Shown here piece by piece: positions 9,018-18,572 of a DNA stretch of 54,975 nt (position 1 is the stretch's first letter; each line of letters begins with the position of its first letter). The DNA comes from an uncultured Flavipsychrobacter sp. Its GTDB lineage: Bacteria > Bacteroidota > Bacteroidia > Chitinophagales > Chitinophagaceae. A model generated the notes under the pieces. It saw only the letters and a program-made list of their open reading frames with translations. It made no database searches and was not told the DNA's origin. The stretch is from positions 19,686 through 74,660 of the forward strand of contig CAYZKL010000003.1 of NCBI GenBank assembly GCA_964478855.1, given 5' to 3'. The translations under genes and the position numbers were made by a program.

Positions 9018-9998
9018 ATGAAGCATGTATCTATCCTGGTGCCTGAAATGAGTGTATTAGCGAGTATTGACGACCCGCGCTATATGTTTACCGCAGCCAA
9101 TGACTTCCTGCGGTCGGTGGGTAAGCCGGAGCTTTTCAAAGTGCAACTGGTGGGGCTTAAGAAGGATGTGCAGCTGCACAACGGCTCATTCACCGTACAT
9201 ACAGATGTGCTGCTGAAAGAAGTAAAGAAGACCGACATCATCATACTGCCCGCACTGGCCAGCGATATTAATGCAGCATTAAAAAAATGCGAAGAATTCA
9301 TTCCGTGGATAACCAAGCAATATGCAACCGGAGCCGAAGTAGTGAGCCTGTGCTCAGGCGCATTCTTCCTGGCCAATACCGGATTACTTAGTGGCAAACA
9401 ATGCTCAACCCACTGGATGCATACCAATAGTTTCAGGGCAATGTTCCCAGACGTGACACTGGTAGAGGGTATCATCATTACCGAGCAGCAAGGTATCTAT
9501 ACTAGTGGTGGAGCAACATCATACTGGAACCTTCTACTGCACCTGCTGGAGAAATATACAGACCGGGCAATAGCAATAATGGCCGCCAAATACTTCGTGA
9601 TAGATATAGACCGTAATTCGCAGTCACCTTTCACCATATTCAAAGGACAAAGCGAACATAATGACGAACCTGTGAAGAAAGCGCAGGAATTCATAGAGCA
9701 TAACTTCCAGGAGAAAATAACTGTGGACCAGTTGTCCTCACTGTCGGCAATGGGCAGGAGGAGCCTGGAGCGGCGATTTAAAAAAGCGACATGCAATACC
9801 GTAGCAGAATACATACAGCGAGTGAAAGTAGAGGCTGCTAAAAAGAGCTTTGAGACCACCCGTAAAAATATAAAGGAAGTAATGTATGAAGTAGGCTACA
9901 GCGACATACAGGCATTCAGAACTATATTCAGAAAATTCACAGGCCTGTCTCCGCTTGAGTACAGGAACAAGTATAATAAAGATAAAGCAGCAGCCTGA
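9018..9998 (+). CDS. GlxA-family transcriptional regulator (paralog of 2328-3311)
   Basis: SLCSGAFFLA, STHW, YWNLLLHLLEKYTDR shared with the first copy; AraC HTH. Confidence 0.95.
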   Translation: MKHVSILVPEMSVLASIDDPRYMFTAANDFLRSVGKPELFKVQLVGLKKDVQLHNGSFTVHTDVLLKEVKKTDIIILPALASDINAALKKCEEFIPWITKQYATGAEVVSLCSGAFFLANTGLLSGKQCSTHWMHTNSFRAMFPDVTLVEGIIITEQQGIYTSGGATSYWNLLLHLLEKYTDRAIAIMAAKYFVIDIDRNSQSPFTIFKGQSEHNDEPVKKAQEFIEHNFQEKITVDQLSSLSAMGRRSLERRFKKATCNTVAEYIQRVKVEAAKKSFETTRKNIKEVMYEVGYSDIQAFRTIFRKFTGLSPLEYRNKYNKDKAAA

Positions 9999-10003
9999 TC
10001 AAT

Positions 10004-10528
10004 ATGTTATCCGTACGGGAAATACAGCAAGAAGATATAGATCTTATCATTGCCTACTGGCTGGAGTCGGACAGGGCCTTTATGGAAGGGATGGGCGTGG
10101 ATATGGACAAAATGCCATCCCGCAAGGAATGGAACGATATGTTGCAGGCACAACTGCGGACACCTCCTGAGCAAAAAAAATCTTACGCAATGATATGGCT
10201 GTATGACAATAAGCCGATAGGACATTGCAACATCAATAAAATAGCATGGCAGCAGGAAGCCCATATGCACCTGCACCTGTGGAATAAGGATGTGCGGCAA
10301 CGAGGTATGGGCACAGAACTTGTAAAAATGACCATACCCCACTTTTTCGAAAAATTCGGGCTGAAGACATTGTACTGTGAGCCATATGCGCTAAACCCTG
10401 CACCTAATAAAACACTGGCCAAAGCAGGCTTTGAACTGGTGCGGACCTATACTACTATACCAGGCATGCTGCACTTTGAGCAGCAGGTGAACCTGTGGCA
10501 AATAAGTTTGGAAAAACAAACATTATAA
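10004..10528 (+). CDS. GNAT (RimJ/RimL-like) N-acetyltransferase
   Basis: RQRGMGT acetyl-CoA motif; N.APNKTL.KAGF. Confidence 0.85.
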   Translation: MLSVREIQQEDIDLIIAYWLESDRAFMEGMGVDMDKMPSRKEWNDMLQAQLRTPPEQKKSYAMIWLYDNKPIGHCNINKIAWQQEAHMHLHLWNKDVRQRGMGTELVKMTIPHFFEKFGLKTLYCEPYALNPAPNKTLAKAGFELVRTYTTIPGMLHFEQQVNLWQISLEKQTL

Positions 10529-10603
10529 TTGTACATTTAACCCAAGGAGCTACCCTTGTGAGTATGGCATTGTGTGCATGAAAAGCAGCTACAAATACCA
10601 GCA

Positions 10604-11539
10604 ATGAAAAAAATCTTAGTAGCAATACTGCTTATACTATCCACGGGAGCCAATGCCCAGAAAGGCTGGGTATTCAGCGGTGGTTTCAACTTTGGCGCCA
10701 ACCTGAACCTGGTATATGGCAAGGGCCAGAAATTTCCGGGATATAAGTTATTTGCAGGCTTTATAGCCAACGGCGTATATAAAAACAGGCTGATCGTTAA
10801 TTATGGCCCGTCATTCGCTATCTACACCAAAGGGATAGGCGCTAACCTAAACCCGATGGTGAATGACATACAACTGGACCTGATCAATTCATTCAGTTTT
10901 GGCGCAGGCGGCAACGACCTCAACTACTATAAGTATATACGTACTGTGGGCAATGCACCCTATTATAATGTAATGATGAAGCAGAACTGGGTGGGGCTGC
11001 TCTCTACCAACTTTATACTGAACAATCACCACCATAACCAGGTGAATGGTAGCGTTACCATATCATCGCCGTGGGCCACGCTTACTTACTATAATGACGG
11101 CGCACCTCCATTCACCATCTTCCCGCTGGCAGATAATTTTGACAGGTACTGGACAGGAGGTATATGCCTGTATGTACACAACAAGCAAGGCTATAATGAT
11201 ATGGAACTGAGCTTTGACCAGTTTACAGGGTATGTGCCGCTGCTGTATGAAATGGCCACAAAGCTAGGCATCAACATTCCAAACTATAATGTGAATGAAG
11301 ATGAGAAGGTGCCGCCGGATTTCAATACATCGGCACTGAACCTGAGGATATTCCCGATGCAGGGATTTGGTATAGATGCAGGCATACTGGGCGCACTGAA
11401 AAGCAATAACGGCCGGAGTTTTGGACTGCAGGAGATCATACACACACTCGGCAACTATGCGATGCACCCTAACAACGATGTGACGAGATACTATATTGGT
11501 GGCACTTATAACAACATGAACAATGTCAGATTCAAATAA
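10604..11539 (+). CDS. Secreted protein with a polymorphic toxin type 23 (Ntox23)-like domain
   Basis: Signal peptide MKKILVAILL..ANAQ; YYNDG, ADNFDRYWTGG and LQEIIH motifs (ND, DxxR-like, His); beta-rich. Confidence 0.6.
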   Translation: MKKILVAILLILSTGANAQKGWVFSGGFNFGANLNLVYGKGQKFPGYKLFAGFIANGVYKNRLIVNYGPSFAIYTKGIGANLNPMVNDIQLDLINSFSFGAGGNDLNYYKYIRTVGNAPYYNVMMKQNWVGLLSTNFILNNHHHNQVNGSVTISSPWATLTYYNDGAPPFTIFPLADNFDRYWTGGICLYVHNKQGYNDMELSFDQFTGYVPLLYEMATKLGINIPNYNVNEDEKVPPDFNTSALNLRIFPMQGFGIDAGILGALKSNNGRSFGLQEIIHTLGNYAMHPNNDVTRYYIGGTYNNMNNVRFK

Positions 11540-12218
11540 AGCAATACTAACCATTGCATCTTTGTTGCTGCTGCTGGCCAGTTGTTTGCCACCAAAGCGC
11601 CTGAGAGATTTCAATGAGCAAAGCATAAAGCAATCAACTTTCTTTACCGATATACCGGAACTGGCCGAAAAGCATTTTGACCGAGTGGTCATTTACAGAA
11701 CCACCTTTGGCGAGGGTTATGTGGAGAACAGGAGCGCACTGGACTTTGCCTTGCTGAATGATTCAGGCAGAAAGGGTGTATCGTATCTGAAAATGTATGG
11801 CGATACACAACAGATCTATCTTATATCCCTGCAAAAGAAAGGTGATACCGCAAGCACATTCATATACCTGCCGGTAAAGTACAGCCCGGGATTTGGCTGT
11901 GTAGGTATCGGACCTGCTTACCTGGGGACTTATGGCACATTACAGGACGTGATCACCTTTACCTCATTAGTGAACGTAAAGAAAACCAATGGTGAGTACC
12001 GGCTGGGAAAGACCAGTACAGCGAAAGAACTGATATTTGTGCCTGCTGAAGAAATAACACCTGCCACACAACAAATAAGAATAGCGAAACTGGTACTGGG
12101 CAATGAAAATAAGATAGCGGGTAAAAGACCTGCTGTACTGAATGTGGCAGAACTGATGAAGCCAATAGGCCTGCAGTACCTGTACTTTGACAAGATACAC
12201 ACATACAAACTGAACTAA
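11523..12218 (+). CDS. Putative lipoprotein, possible immunity or partner protein
   Basis: Lipobox LLLASC; overlaps the upstream stop by 17 nt. Confidence 0.65.
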   Translation: MSDSNKAILTIASLLLLLASCLPPKRLRDFNEQSIKQSTFFTDIPELAEKHFDRVVIYRTTFGEGYVENRSALDFALLNDSGRKGVSYLKMYGDTQQIYLISLQKKGDTASTFIYLPVKYSPGFGCVGIGPAYLGTYGTLQDVITFTSLVNVKKTNGEYRLGKTSTAKELIFVPAEEITPATQQIRIAKLVLGNENKIAGKRPAVLNVAELMKPIGLQYLYFDKIHTYKLN

Positions 12219-12219
12219 C

Positions 12220-12411
12220 ATGCCGCCGAAAAACAACATATTCACCAAAGCGAAGCAGGCATTAGGCCTGGGACCTAAAAAATGTATCTGTAAGCAGGAA
12301 GCAGATGGTAAATTCTACTGCTACAAAATGGATAGCGGCAAGCTGGTGCAGTGCATAGGCAAAGGCCCCTTCAACACCTTGCAGGAGTGCCAGCAGTCCA
12401 ATTCAAACTAA
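12220..12411 (+). CDS. Small cysteine-rich hypothetical protein
   Basis: 63 aa, 5 Cys, starts 1 nt after the upstream stop. Confidence 0.55.
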   Translation: MPPKNNIFTKAKQALGLGPKKCICKQEADGKFYCYKMDSGKLVQCIGKGPFNTLQECQQSNSN

Positions 12412-12416
12412 GGGGA

Positions 12417-13268
12417 TTACCCTACATTATCCTTTGCAATAACGGTCCACTCGCTCTTACCAACGCCCATTTTTATCCACCGATCCATCTCAGAAGCAAT
12501 AGCAGGGAGGACAGCAAGCGATACGCCATTATTAGCAGCCTCTTCCATCATCAGGCGGGCATCCTTACGGGCCATATTCAATTCCCAGGATGGCTCATCG
12601 AACTTCGCCTTTATGATCTTCTTCAATCTTGCAGGTGCGAGTGCGCCGGGATTCCAGGCTTCGAAGAGTGATGTTACCTCTGCATTGGAAACATCCATAG
12701 CCTGGGCGAGTGCCAGCATATCAGAGAAACCACTGGTAAGGAACATAAGGAATGAATTACCCAACAGTTTTATACCGGCAGCCTTTCCCGGTTCAGTACC
12801 GTAATTGAGGAGTTTGCCTGTCATGGCAGCCAATTCAGGCTCTATTTTCTTTATCACTTCCTGATCACCGGACACCATCATGTAGCCTGAGCAATCGAGT
12901 GCATTTGGCGGCCCCATGAAAACGGGTGCGTGAATGTAGGAAAAGCCCCTATCCTCCCACAAAGCAGCTCTTTTCATAGCGCCTTGTGCGGTAGTAGTAG
13001 TATGATCTATAATGATAACGCCATGTTTGAATCCTGACCTTGCACGATCAAGTACTTCGTCCACAGCGGCATCGTCAGATAGTGTTAAGTGTATCCTGTC
13101 GGCACCTTCCACAGCATCAGCAGGATCTTCGAAAAATGCAGCACCATCTGCTTCCAGTGCTTTAGCCTTGGCCTCTGTCCTGTTCCATACATTCACCTGC
13201 TTGCCGTTCCTGAGCAATGCTTTTACAAAATTTGCCCCCAGAAGTCCTGTACCCAAATATGCTATCAT
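12417..13268 (-). CDS. NAD(P)-dependent oxidoreductase, 3-hydroxyisobutyrate/6PGD family
   Basis: GTGLLG Rossmann motif, VWNRT, APVFMG, catalytic K in AAGIKLLGN, ARKDARL. Confidence 0.9.
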   Translation of the reverse strand: MIAYLGTGLLGANFVKALLRNGKQVNVWNRTEAKAKALEADGAAFFEDPADAVEGADRIHLTLSDDAAVDEVLDRARSGFKHGVIIIDHTTTTAQGAMKRAALWEDRGFSYIHAPVFMGPPNALDCSGYMMVSGDQEVIKKIEPELAAMTGKLLNYGTEPGKAAGIKLLGNSFLMFLTSGFSDMLALAQAMDVSNAEVTSLFEAWNPGALAPARLKKIIKAKFDEPSWELNMARKDARLMMEEAANNGVSLAVLPAIASEMDRWIKMGVGKSEWTVIAKDNVG

Positions 13269-13319
13269 TGATATGTAGTATTAGCGAATTATTATTATTA
13301 CTTTTCAGTATCTAAAGTT

Positions 13320-13727
13320 ATGACCAAAATTACTGTAATGGCGGAAAAACATTTTTATAATACTGTGCCTTTCCTTCCGGTGGCAAACTTAAAAGAAACA
13401 TTACAATTCTACAAAGACCAACTGGGCTTTTCGGGTGAGTGGATAGATGAACCAAGGGGAATAGTAGGCGGCGTCAGGCGTGACGAGCTAAGTATGCTCT
13501 TTCAGCAGCACCCCGTGTACCTGAATATGATCAATGTGGAGACAGAATCATTTGAACTACTGTTCTTTGTAAGCAATATAGCAGAGATATATGAAGAATA
13601 TAAAGGAAAGGGTGTGGAAATGGTGAGTGAGCTAGTGGTGAGGCCCTGGGGAGTGACTGAGTTTATAGTTAAAGACCTGAACGGATACTGGCTAAGAATA
13701 ACAGAAGGTAAGCACAAGGCGAAATAG
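13320..13727 (+). CDS. VOC/glyoxalase/bleomycin-resistance family protein
   Basis: VPFLPVANLKETLQFYKDQLGF; RPWGVTEFIVKDLNG. Confidence 0.85.
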   Translation: MTKITVMAEKHFYNTVPFLPVANLKETLQFYKDQLGFSGEWIDEPRGIVGGVRRDELSMLFQQHPVYLNMINVETESFELLFFVSNIAEIYEEYKGKGVEMVSELVVRPWGVTEFIVKDLNGYWLRITEGKHKAK

Positions 13728-13743
13728 CCGATGCTTACCTTCT
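13703..13743. terminator. Long hairpin between convergent genes
   Basis: AGAAGGTAAGCA...TGCTTACCTTCT overlapping the VOC stop codon. Confidence 0.6.
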
Positions 13744-13762
13744 TAAGTTATACTAAGGAGTA

Positions 13763-14551
13763 TTAAAAACGGTCACCGTCGAGCAGATTGCCGAGGCCTC
13801 CTAACACGCTACCCTCTTCCTTTCTTTTGAAACCACCGTAGCTGATGATGCGGCTGGCGAGCCTGCTGATAGGCAATGTTTGTATCCATACAGTGCCGGG
13901 GCCCTGCAGTGTGGCAAAGAAAACGCCCTCGCCGCCAAATAATGTATTCTTGATACCACCTACAAACTGGATATCGTAATTGACATTGCTTGTAAATGCG
14001 ACGATACAACCGGTATCTACCTTCAGCGTTTCGCCGGGACGGAGATCGCGCTGCAAAACGTGGCCACCCGCATGAACAAATGCCATACCATCACCTTCCA
14101 GCTTTTCCATGATGAAACCTTCGCCACCGAACAGGCCTGTTCCCAGCTTCTTCTGAAATTCTATACCTATGGCGACACCCTTGGCAGCGCATAAGAAAGC
14201 ATCCTTCTGACAGATGACCTTGCCACCAAGGCGGATAAGATCGAGCGCAATTATCTTGCCCGGGTAAGGAGCCGCAAATGACACTTTTTTCTTGCCCGCA
14301 CCAACATTAGTATAAGCCGTCATGAACAAGCTCTCGCCAACCAATAAACGCTTGCCGGCAGAGAACAGTTTGCCCATAATACCTGTCTGCTGCTGGCTGC
14401 CATCGCCAAAAATGGTCTGCATCTGGATGCCGTCATCCATCATCATAAAGCTGCCGGCTTCAGCAATGGCGGTTTCATTGGGATCCAGCTCCACTTCAAC
14501 ATACTGCATTTCTTCACCAATGATATTGTAGTCTATTTCATGGTTTTGCAT
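13763..14551 (-). CDS. TIGR00266/AIM24 family protein
   Basis: AEAGSFMMM, GESLFMT, CQKDAFLCAAKG, FGGEGF, LQGPGTVWIQTLP. Confidence 0.9.
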   Translation of the reverse strand: MQNHEIDYNIIGEEMQYVEVELDPNETAIAEAGSFMMMDDGIQMQTIFGDGSQQQTGIMGKLFSAGKRLLVGESLFMTAYTNVGAGKKKVSFAAPYPGKIIALDLIRLGGKVICQKDAFLCAAKGVAIGIEFQKKLGTGLFGGEGFIMEKLEGDGMAFVHAGGHVLQRDLRPGETLKVDTGCIVAFTSNVNYDIQFVGGIKNTLFGGEGVFFATLQGPGTVWIQTLPISRLASRIISYGGFKRKEEGSVLGGLGNLLDGDRF

Positions 14552-14704
14552 AATTCCTGTTTTTTGATAAAAATACTGCTTATTCCAATTGCTGATGAAA
14601 AGGCGGGGCTGATTTCACCGATTTTCACATAATTTTATTCAAATCCAAGGGCTTACCATCCGGATAAAATAACGACCTTTACCATATAAGAAACCATAGT
14701 TTTA

Positions 14705-15605
14705 GTGTTGACAGATAATCATGGCAGGGCGATCAATTATTTACGGCTGGCTGTTACCGACAGGTGCAACCTGCGCTGTTTTTATTGTATGCCCGAAGAA
14801 GGGATAGACTGGCTGTCGAGGAAGGAACTGATGAGCTATGAGGAAATGTACCGTGTTTGCTCTGTGCTGGTAAAGGCGGGTATAGAAAAAATACGCATTA
14901 CGGGGGGTGAGCCATTTGTACGTAAGGATACCCGACCTGAAAAAGATGGGCATACGGTCGATGAACCTGAGCCTAGACACACTGGACAAGAACCGATTTT
15001 TTGCGATCACCCACCGGGATGAATTTCCGGCAGTGATGGATACACTGGGGCAACTACTGCACCATGGCATGGAAGTGAAAATAAATGCGGTAGTGATGGA
15101 CGGGAAGAACATACAGGATATACTACCACTTGTGGACCTGACCAAAGAGCTACCTGTAAGTATACGGTTTATAGAAGAAATGCCATTCAATGGCGGAGAT
15201 AGCCACTATACCACACTTAAGTGGGATCATGTGCAGATACTGGAAACTATAAAAGCACACTATCCGACCATTGAAAAAATAGCAGACCCTGCGTACTCTA
15301 CTTCTTATAACTACCAGATACCGGGACATAAAGGTAATGTGGGCATCATAGCGGCTTATACCCGCTCATTCTGCGGTACTTGCAACCGAATAAGGATAAC
15401 ACCGCAAGGTATAATGAAGACCTGCCTTTATGGCGATGGTGTGCTGAATATAAGAGACCTGATGCGTGACGGAGCAACAGATGAGCAGATAAGATCAGCA
15501 TTCACTGACACCCTGGGCCACAGGGCAAAAGACGGTTGGGAAGCAGAGCGAAGCAGGAAAGCAACTACAGGCATACATGAATCAATGGCTGCAATAGGCG
15601 GGTAA
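14705..15605 (+). pseudogene. moaA: GTP 3',8-cyclase MoaA, disrupted by an internal deletion and frameshift near 14928
   Basis: N-half (TDRCNLRCFYCMP, ITGGEPFVRKD) and C-half (NLSLDTL, RFIEEMP, FCGTCNRIR..KTCL, ESMAAIGG) lie in different frames; the intervening TTNG segment is absent. Confidence 0.85.
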
Positions 15606-15618
15606 AACAAATACCAAG

Positions 15619-16809
15619 ATGATAACCGTAGCAGAAGCAGAACAAATAATACTGTCACAAAAAAGGGAATACGGAACAGAGTACGTTCCTTTTGAACAAG
15701 CTGTGGGCCGTGTGCTTGCAGAAGATATCTATGTCGACCGTGACCTGCCGCCCTATGACAGGATAACCATGGATGGCATAGCATTCAGCTATGATGCTTA
15801 TGATAAGGGTATTCGTACTTTCCGCATTAAAGCTACACAGGCCGCCGGAGATATACCGGTAGATATAACCGACGAATCTGAATGTATAGAAATAATGACC
15901 GGGGCAGCACTACCACCATCTGTGGATACTATAGTGCGCTACGAGGACCTGGAGGTAAAAAACGGAACAGCAACTATACTCACAGATAAAGTAAAACAAG
16001 GCCAGAACATACACCGCAAAGGTAAAGACCGCAAACTGGGTGACATAGTTATACAATCAAATGAAGTGCTTACCCCTGCACACATAGCACTGGCTGCTAC
16101 GGTGGGTAAAACAACCATAGCTGTAAAGAAGTTGCCGAGGGTCGTCATCATATCTACTGGTGATGAGCTTGTGGCTATACATGAGCAACCAACACCCTAC
16201 CAGGTACGGCGATCGAACAGCTATACGATAAAGGCAGCCCTAGAGCAATACTGCATAAAAGCAGACCTTCGTCACCTGCCTGAAGATGCCGACATAACAA
16301 AAACTGAACTGGCCGTATTCTTAAAAGAATATGATGTAATAATATTGAGTGGTGGCGTATCGATGGGTAAGTTTGACCATCTACCACATGTGCTGGAAGA
16401 ACTGGGCGTGAACAAATTATTCCACAAAGTGCAACAGCGGCCGGGCAAACCCTTCTGGTTTGGCACACATGCAGGCGGTGCATTAGTGTTCGCATTCCCG
16501 GGCAATCCTGTATCTACGTTCCTGTGCCTGTACAGGTACTTTATACCATGGCTTACCGGAAAACAAAATATCACCTACGCTATACTTGATGAAGACGTTA
16601 CGTTCACACCTCCACTGCAATACTATATGCAGGTGCGGGTGTACTTAGATGAACACGGCAAACTGCTAGCATCTCCGGATGAAGGAAACGGATCAGGCGA
16701 CTTTGCGAACCTGGTAAATACCAACTCATTCATGGAATTGCCGAAGGAAGAAAGTAATTTTAAAAAAGGAGCCATATACCGGATATGGCCATTCAAACAA
16801 ATCATATAA
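15619..16809 (+). CDS. moeA: Molybdopterin molybdotransferase
   Basis: GRVLAED, PPYDRITMDG, IMTGAALP, STGDEL, SGGVSMG, RPGKP, PGNPVS. Confidence 0.95.
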   Translation: MITVAEAEQIILSQKREYGTEYVPFEQAVGRVLAEDIYVDRDLPPYDRITMDGIAFSYDAYDKGIRTFRIKATQAAGDIPVDITDESECIEIMTGAALPPSVDTIVRYEDLEVKNGTATILTDKVKQGQNIHRKGKDRKLGDIVIQSNEVLTPAHIALAATVGKTTIAVKKLPRVVIISTGDELVAIHEQPTPYQVRRSNSYTIKAALEQYCIKADLRHLPEDADITKTELAVFLKEYDVIILSGGVSMGKFDHLPHVLEELGVNKLFHKVQQRPGKPFWFGTHAGGALVFAFPGNPVSTFLCLYRYFIPWLTGKQNITYAILDEDVTFTPPLQYYMQVRVYLDEHGKLLASPDEGNGSGDFANLVNTNSFMELPKEESNFKKGAIYRIWPFKQII

Positions 16810-16811
16810 CG

Positions 16812-17291
16812 ATGAGCAATTTTACCCACTTAGATGAAAAAGGGCATCCTGCAATGGTAGATGTAAGCGCAAAGCAGGTAACACTGCGCAGCGCAACCGC
16901 CAGAAGCATTGTGGTAATGCCGGCAGAGGTGATCGCACAATTCACTGACGGCGACATAAAAAGCAAGAAAGGATCTGTTTTTCAAACAGCGATAATAGCG
17001 GGTATCATGGCATCAAAGAAGACAGGTGAGCTGATACCACTATGCCATCCGCTGGGCCTGGACAACTGCAAAGTGAATATACACATCAACGAGCAACAGG
17101 AAGTGGTGATAGACTGCACCACCAGTATTACAGCCAAAACGGGGATAGAACTGGAAGCACTGGTAGGTGCCAGTATTGCCGCACTGACGGTGTATGATAT
17201 GTGCAAGGCACTGAGCCATGACATAGTGATCAAAGAAACGAAGCTGATGGAAAAAACAGGAGGCAAAAGTGATTTCAGGCGTGCAGAATAA
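16812..17291 (+). CDS. moaC: Cyclic pyranopterin monophosphate synthase
   Basis: FTHLD..G...MVDVS.K, LIPLCHP, YDMCKA, KTGGKS. Confidence 0.95.
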   Translation: MSNFTHLDEKGHPAMVDVSAKQVTLRSATARSIVVMPAEVIAQFTDGDIKSKKGSVFQTAIIAGIMASKKTGELIPLCHPLGLDNCKVNIHINEQQEVVIDCTTSITAKTGIELEALVGASIAALTVYDMCKALSHDIVIKETKLMEKTGGKSDFRRAE

Positions 17292-17889
17292 TATAGCACC
17301 TGTACTTAACGGGCTGGTACTGGCCGGTGGCAAGAGCATGCGCATGGGCCATGACAAGGGCGCTATAGCATGGCATGGCAAGCCACAACGTTACTATATG
17401 GCCGACCTGCTGCAACAACTTTGCGCAGATGTATTCATATCGTGCAGGTCAGAGCAAGAGGATGAAATTGATACGAATTACCAAGTGCTGCCTGACTCGT
17501 TCGCCGCAGCGGGTCCATTGGCAGGGATATTATCGGCTATTACTACACAGCCAAATGTTGCATGGCTCGTAACGGCTTGTGACCTTCCGCTGCTGGACCT
17601 GACCACGCTGCAATACCTTATTGACAACAGGGATACGAGCGCTATTGCAACAACGTATAAAAGTCCGTTTGACGGACTACCTGAACCACTGATCACTATA
17701 TGGGAGCCAACGGCATACCCGGTATTGCTATCATTTTTAGAAGAAGGATTCAGCTGCCCTAGAAAGGCGCTGATACGGAATGCAGATCGGGTTCATATCA
17801 TTGAGCCCAAAGACCCGGATGCGCTGATGAACACCAATACACCTGAAGATGCAACACAGGTAAACAATATCTTAAAGCAAAGAAATTAA
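17269..17889 (+). CDS. mobA: Molybdenum cofactor guanylyltransferase
   Basis: LVLAGGKSMRMG.DK, GPLAGI, ACDLP, NTNTPED. Confidence 0.9.
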   Translation: MISGVQNNIAPVLNGLVLAGGKSMRMGHDKGAIAWHGKPQRYYMADLLQQLCADVFISCRSEQEDEIDTNYQVLPDSFAAAGPLAGILSAITTQPNVAWLVTACDLPLLDLTTLQYLIDNRDTSAIATTYKSPFDGLPEPLITIWEPTAYPVLLSFLEEGFSCPRKALIRNADRVHIIEPKDPDALMNTNTPEDATQVNNILKQRN

Positions 17890-17892
17890 CTA

Positions 17893-18309
17893 CTAAGGGT
17901 GGGCGGCTACCCATATCTCACCATCTTCAAACACTTCTTTCTTCCAGATAGGCACGGTCTGCTTCAACGTATCAATAATATAACGGCAGGCATCGAATGC
18001 GGCAGCACGGTGAGCCGCAGATACAGCAATCACTACAGGAACCTCGCCCACCTGCAATACCCCTACCCTGTGATGTATGACCACGGCGTGCAGTGCCCAC
18101 TTATCAAAAGCAGCCTTTGCAATCTTATCCATTTCGCTTAGTGCCATAGATTCATAGGCTTCAAACTCAAGGCGCAGCACGGATTTGCCTTTGGTACTAT
18201 CTCTTACAGTACCGATGAACACATCTATACCCCCGCTGCCCGGCGACATTACCATGTCGATACAGGAGTTTATGTCCAGCGGTTCAGATGATATATGGAG
18301 ATGGATCAT
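17893..18309 (-). CDS. moaE: Molybdopterin synthase catalytic subunit
   Basis: F.GTVR, LEFEAY, HRVG.L.VGE, AHR..AF, LKQTVPIWKKE. Confidence 0.95.
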   Translation of the reverse strand: MIHLHISSEPLDINSCIDMVMSPGSGGIDVFIGTVRDSTKGKSVLRLEFEAYESMALSEMDKIAKAAFDKWALHAVVIHHRVGVLQVGEVPVVIAVSAAHRAAAFDACRYIIDTLKQTVPIWKKEVFEDGEIWVAAHP

Positions 18310-18323
18310 TGGTCTTAAAAGTA

Positions 18324-18569
18324 TTAGCCGCCGCTTACAGGTGGAATAATAGCAACCTCGTCACCGGGTTGTATTATCATGCCTGCTGCAGCATATGAAT
18401 TATTTACCGCGATCATAACTGTACTCAGCTTCTTCAGCCCCGGGTACTGTACCTCCAGTTGGTGTTTCAGCGCATCGGCACTTGCACCGTCTTCCAGCAC
18501 TACACTTACCGAGTTGCCACCCAGTATCTCCTTCGCTATGCCAAATGCCAGTACATTGATCGTCATCAT
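18324..18569 (-). CDS. moaD: Molybdopterin synthase sulfur carrier subunit
   Basis: IAVNN.Y, GDEVAIIPPVSGG C-terminal diglycine. Confidence 0.95.
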   Translation of the reverse strand: MMTINVLAFGIAKEILGGNSVSVVLEDGASADALKHQLEVQYPGLKKLSTVMIAVNNSYAAAGMIIQPGDEVAIIPPVSGG

Positions 18570-18572
18570 TAT

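Noticed and set aside
14705-15605. Programmed frameshift, or a naturally split moaA
   Set aside because: There is no slippery sequence at the junction, and conserved residues (TTNG segment) are missing, so recoding could not restore the protein.
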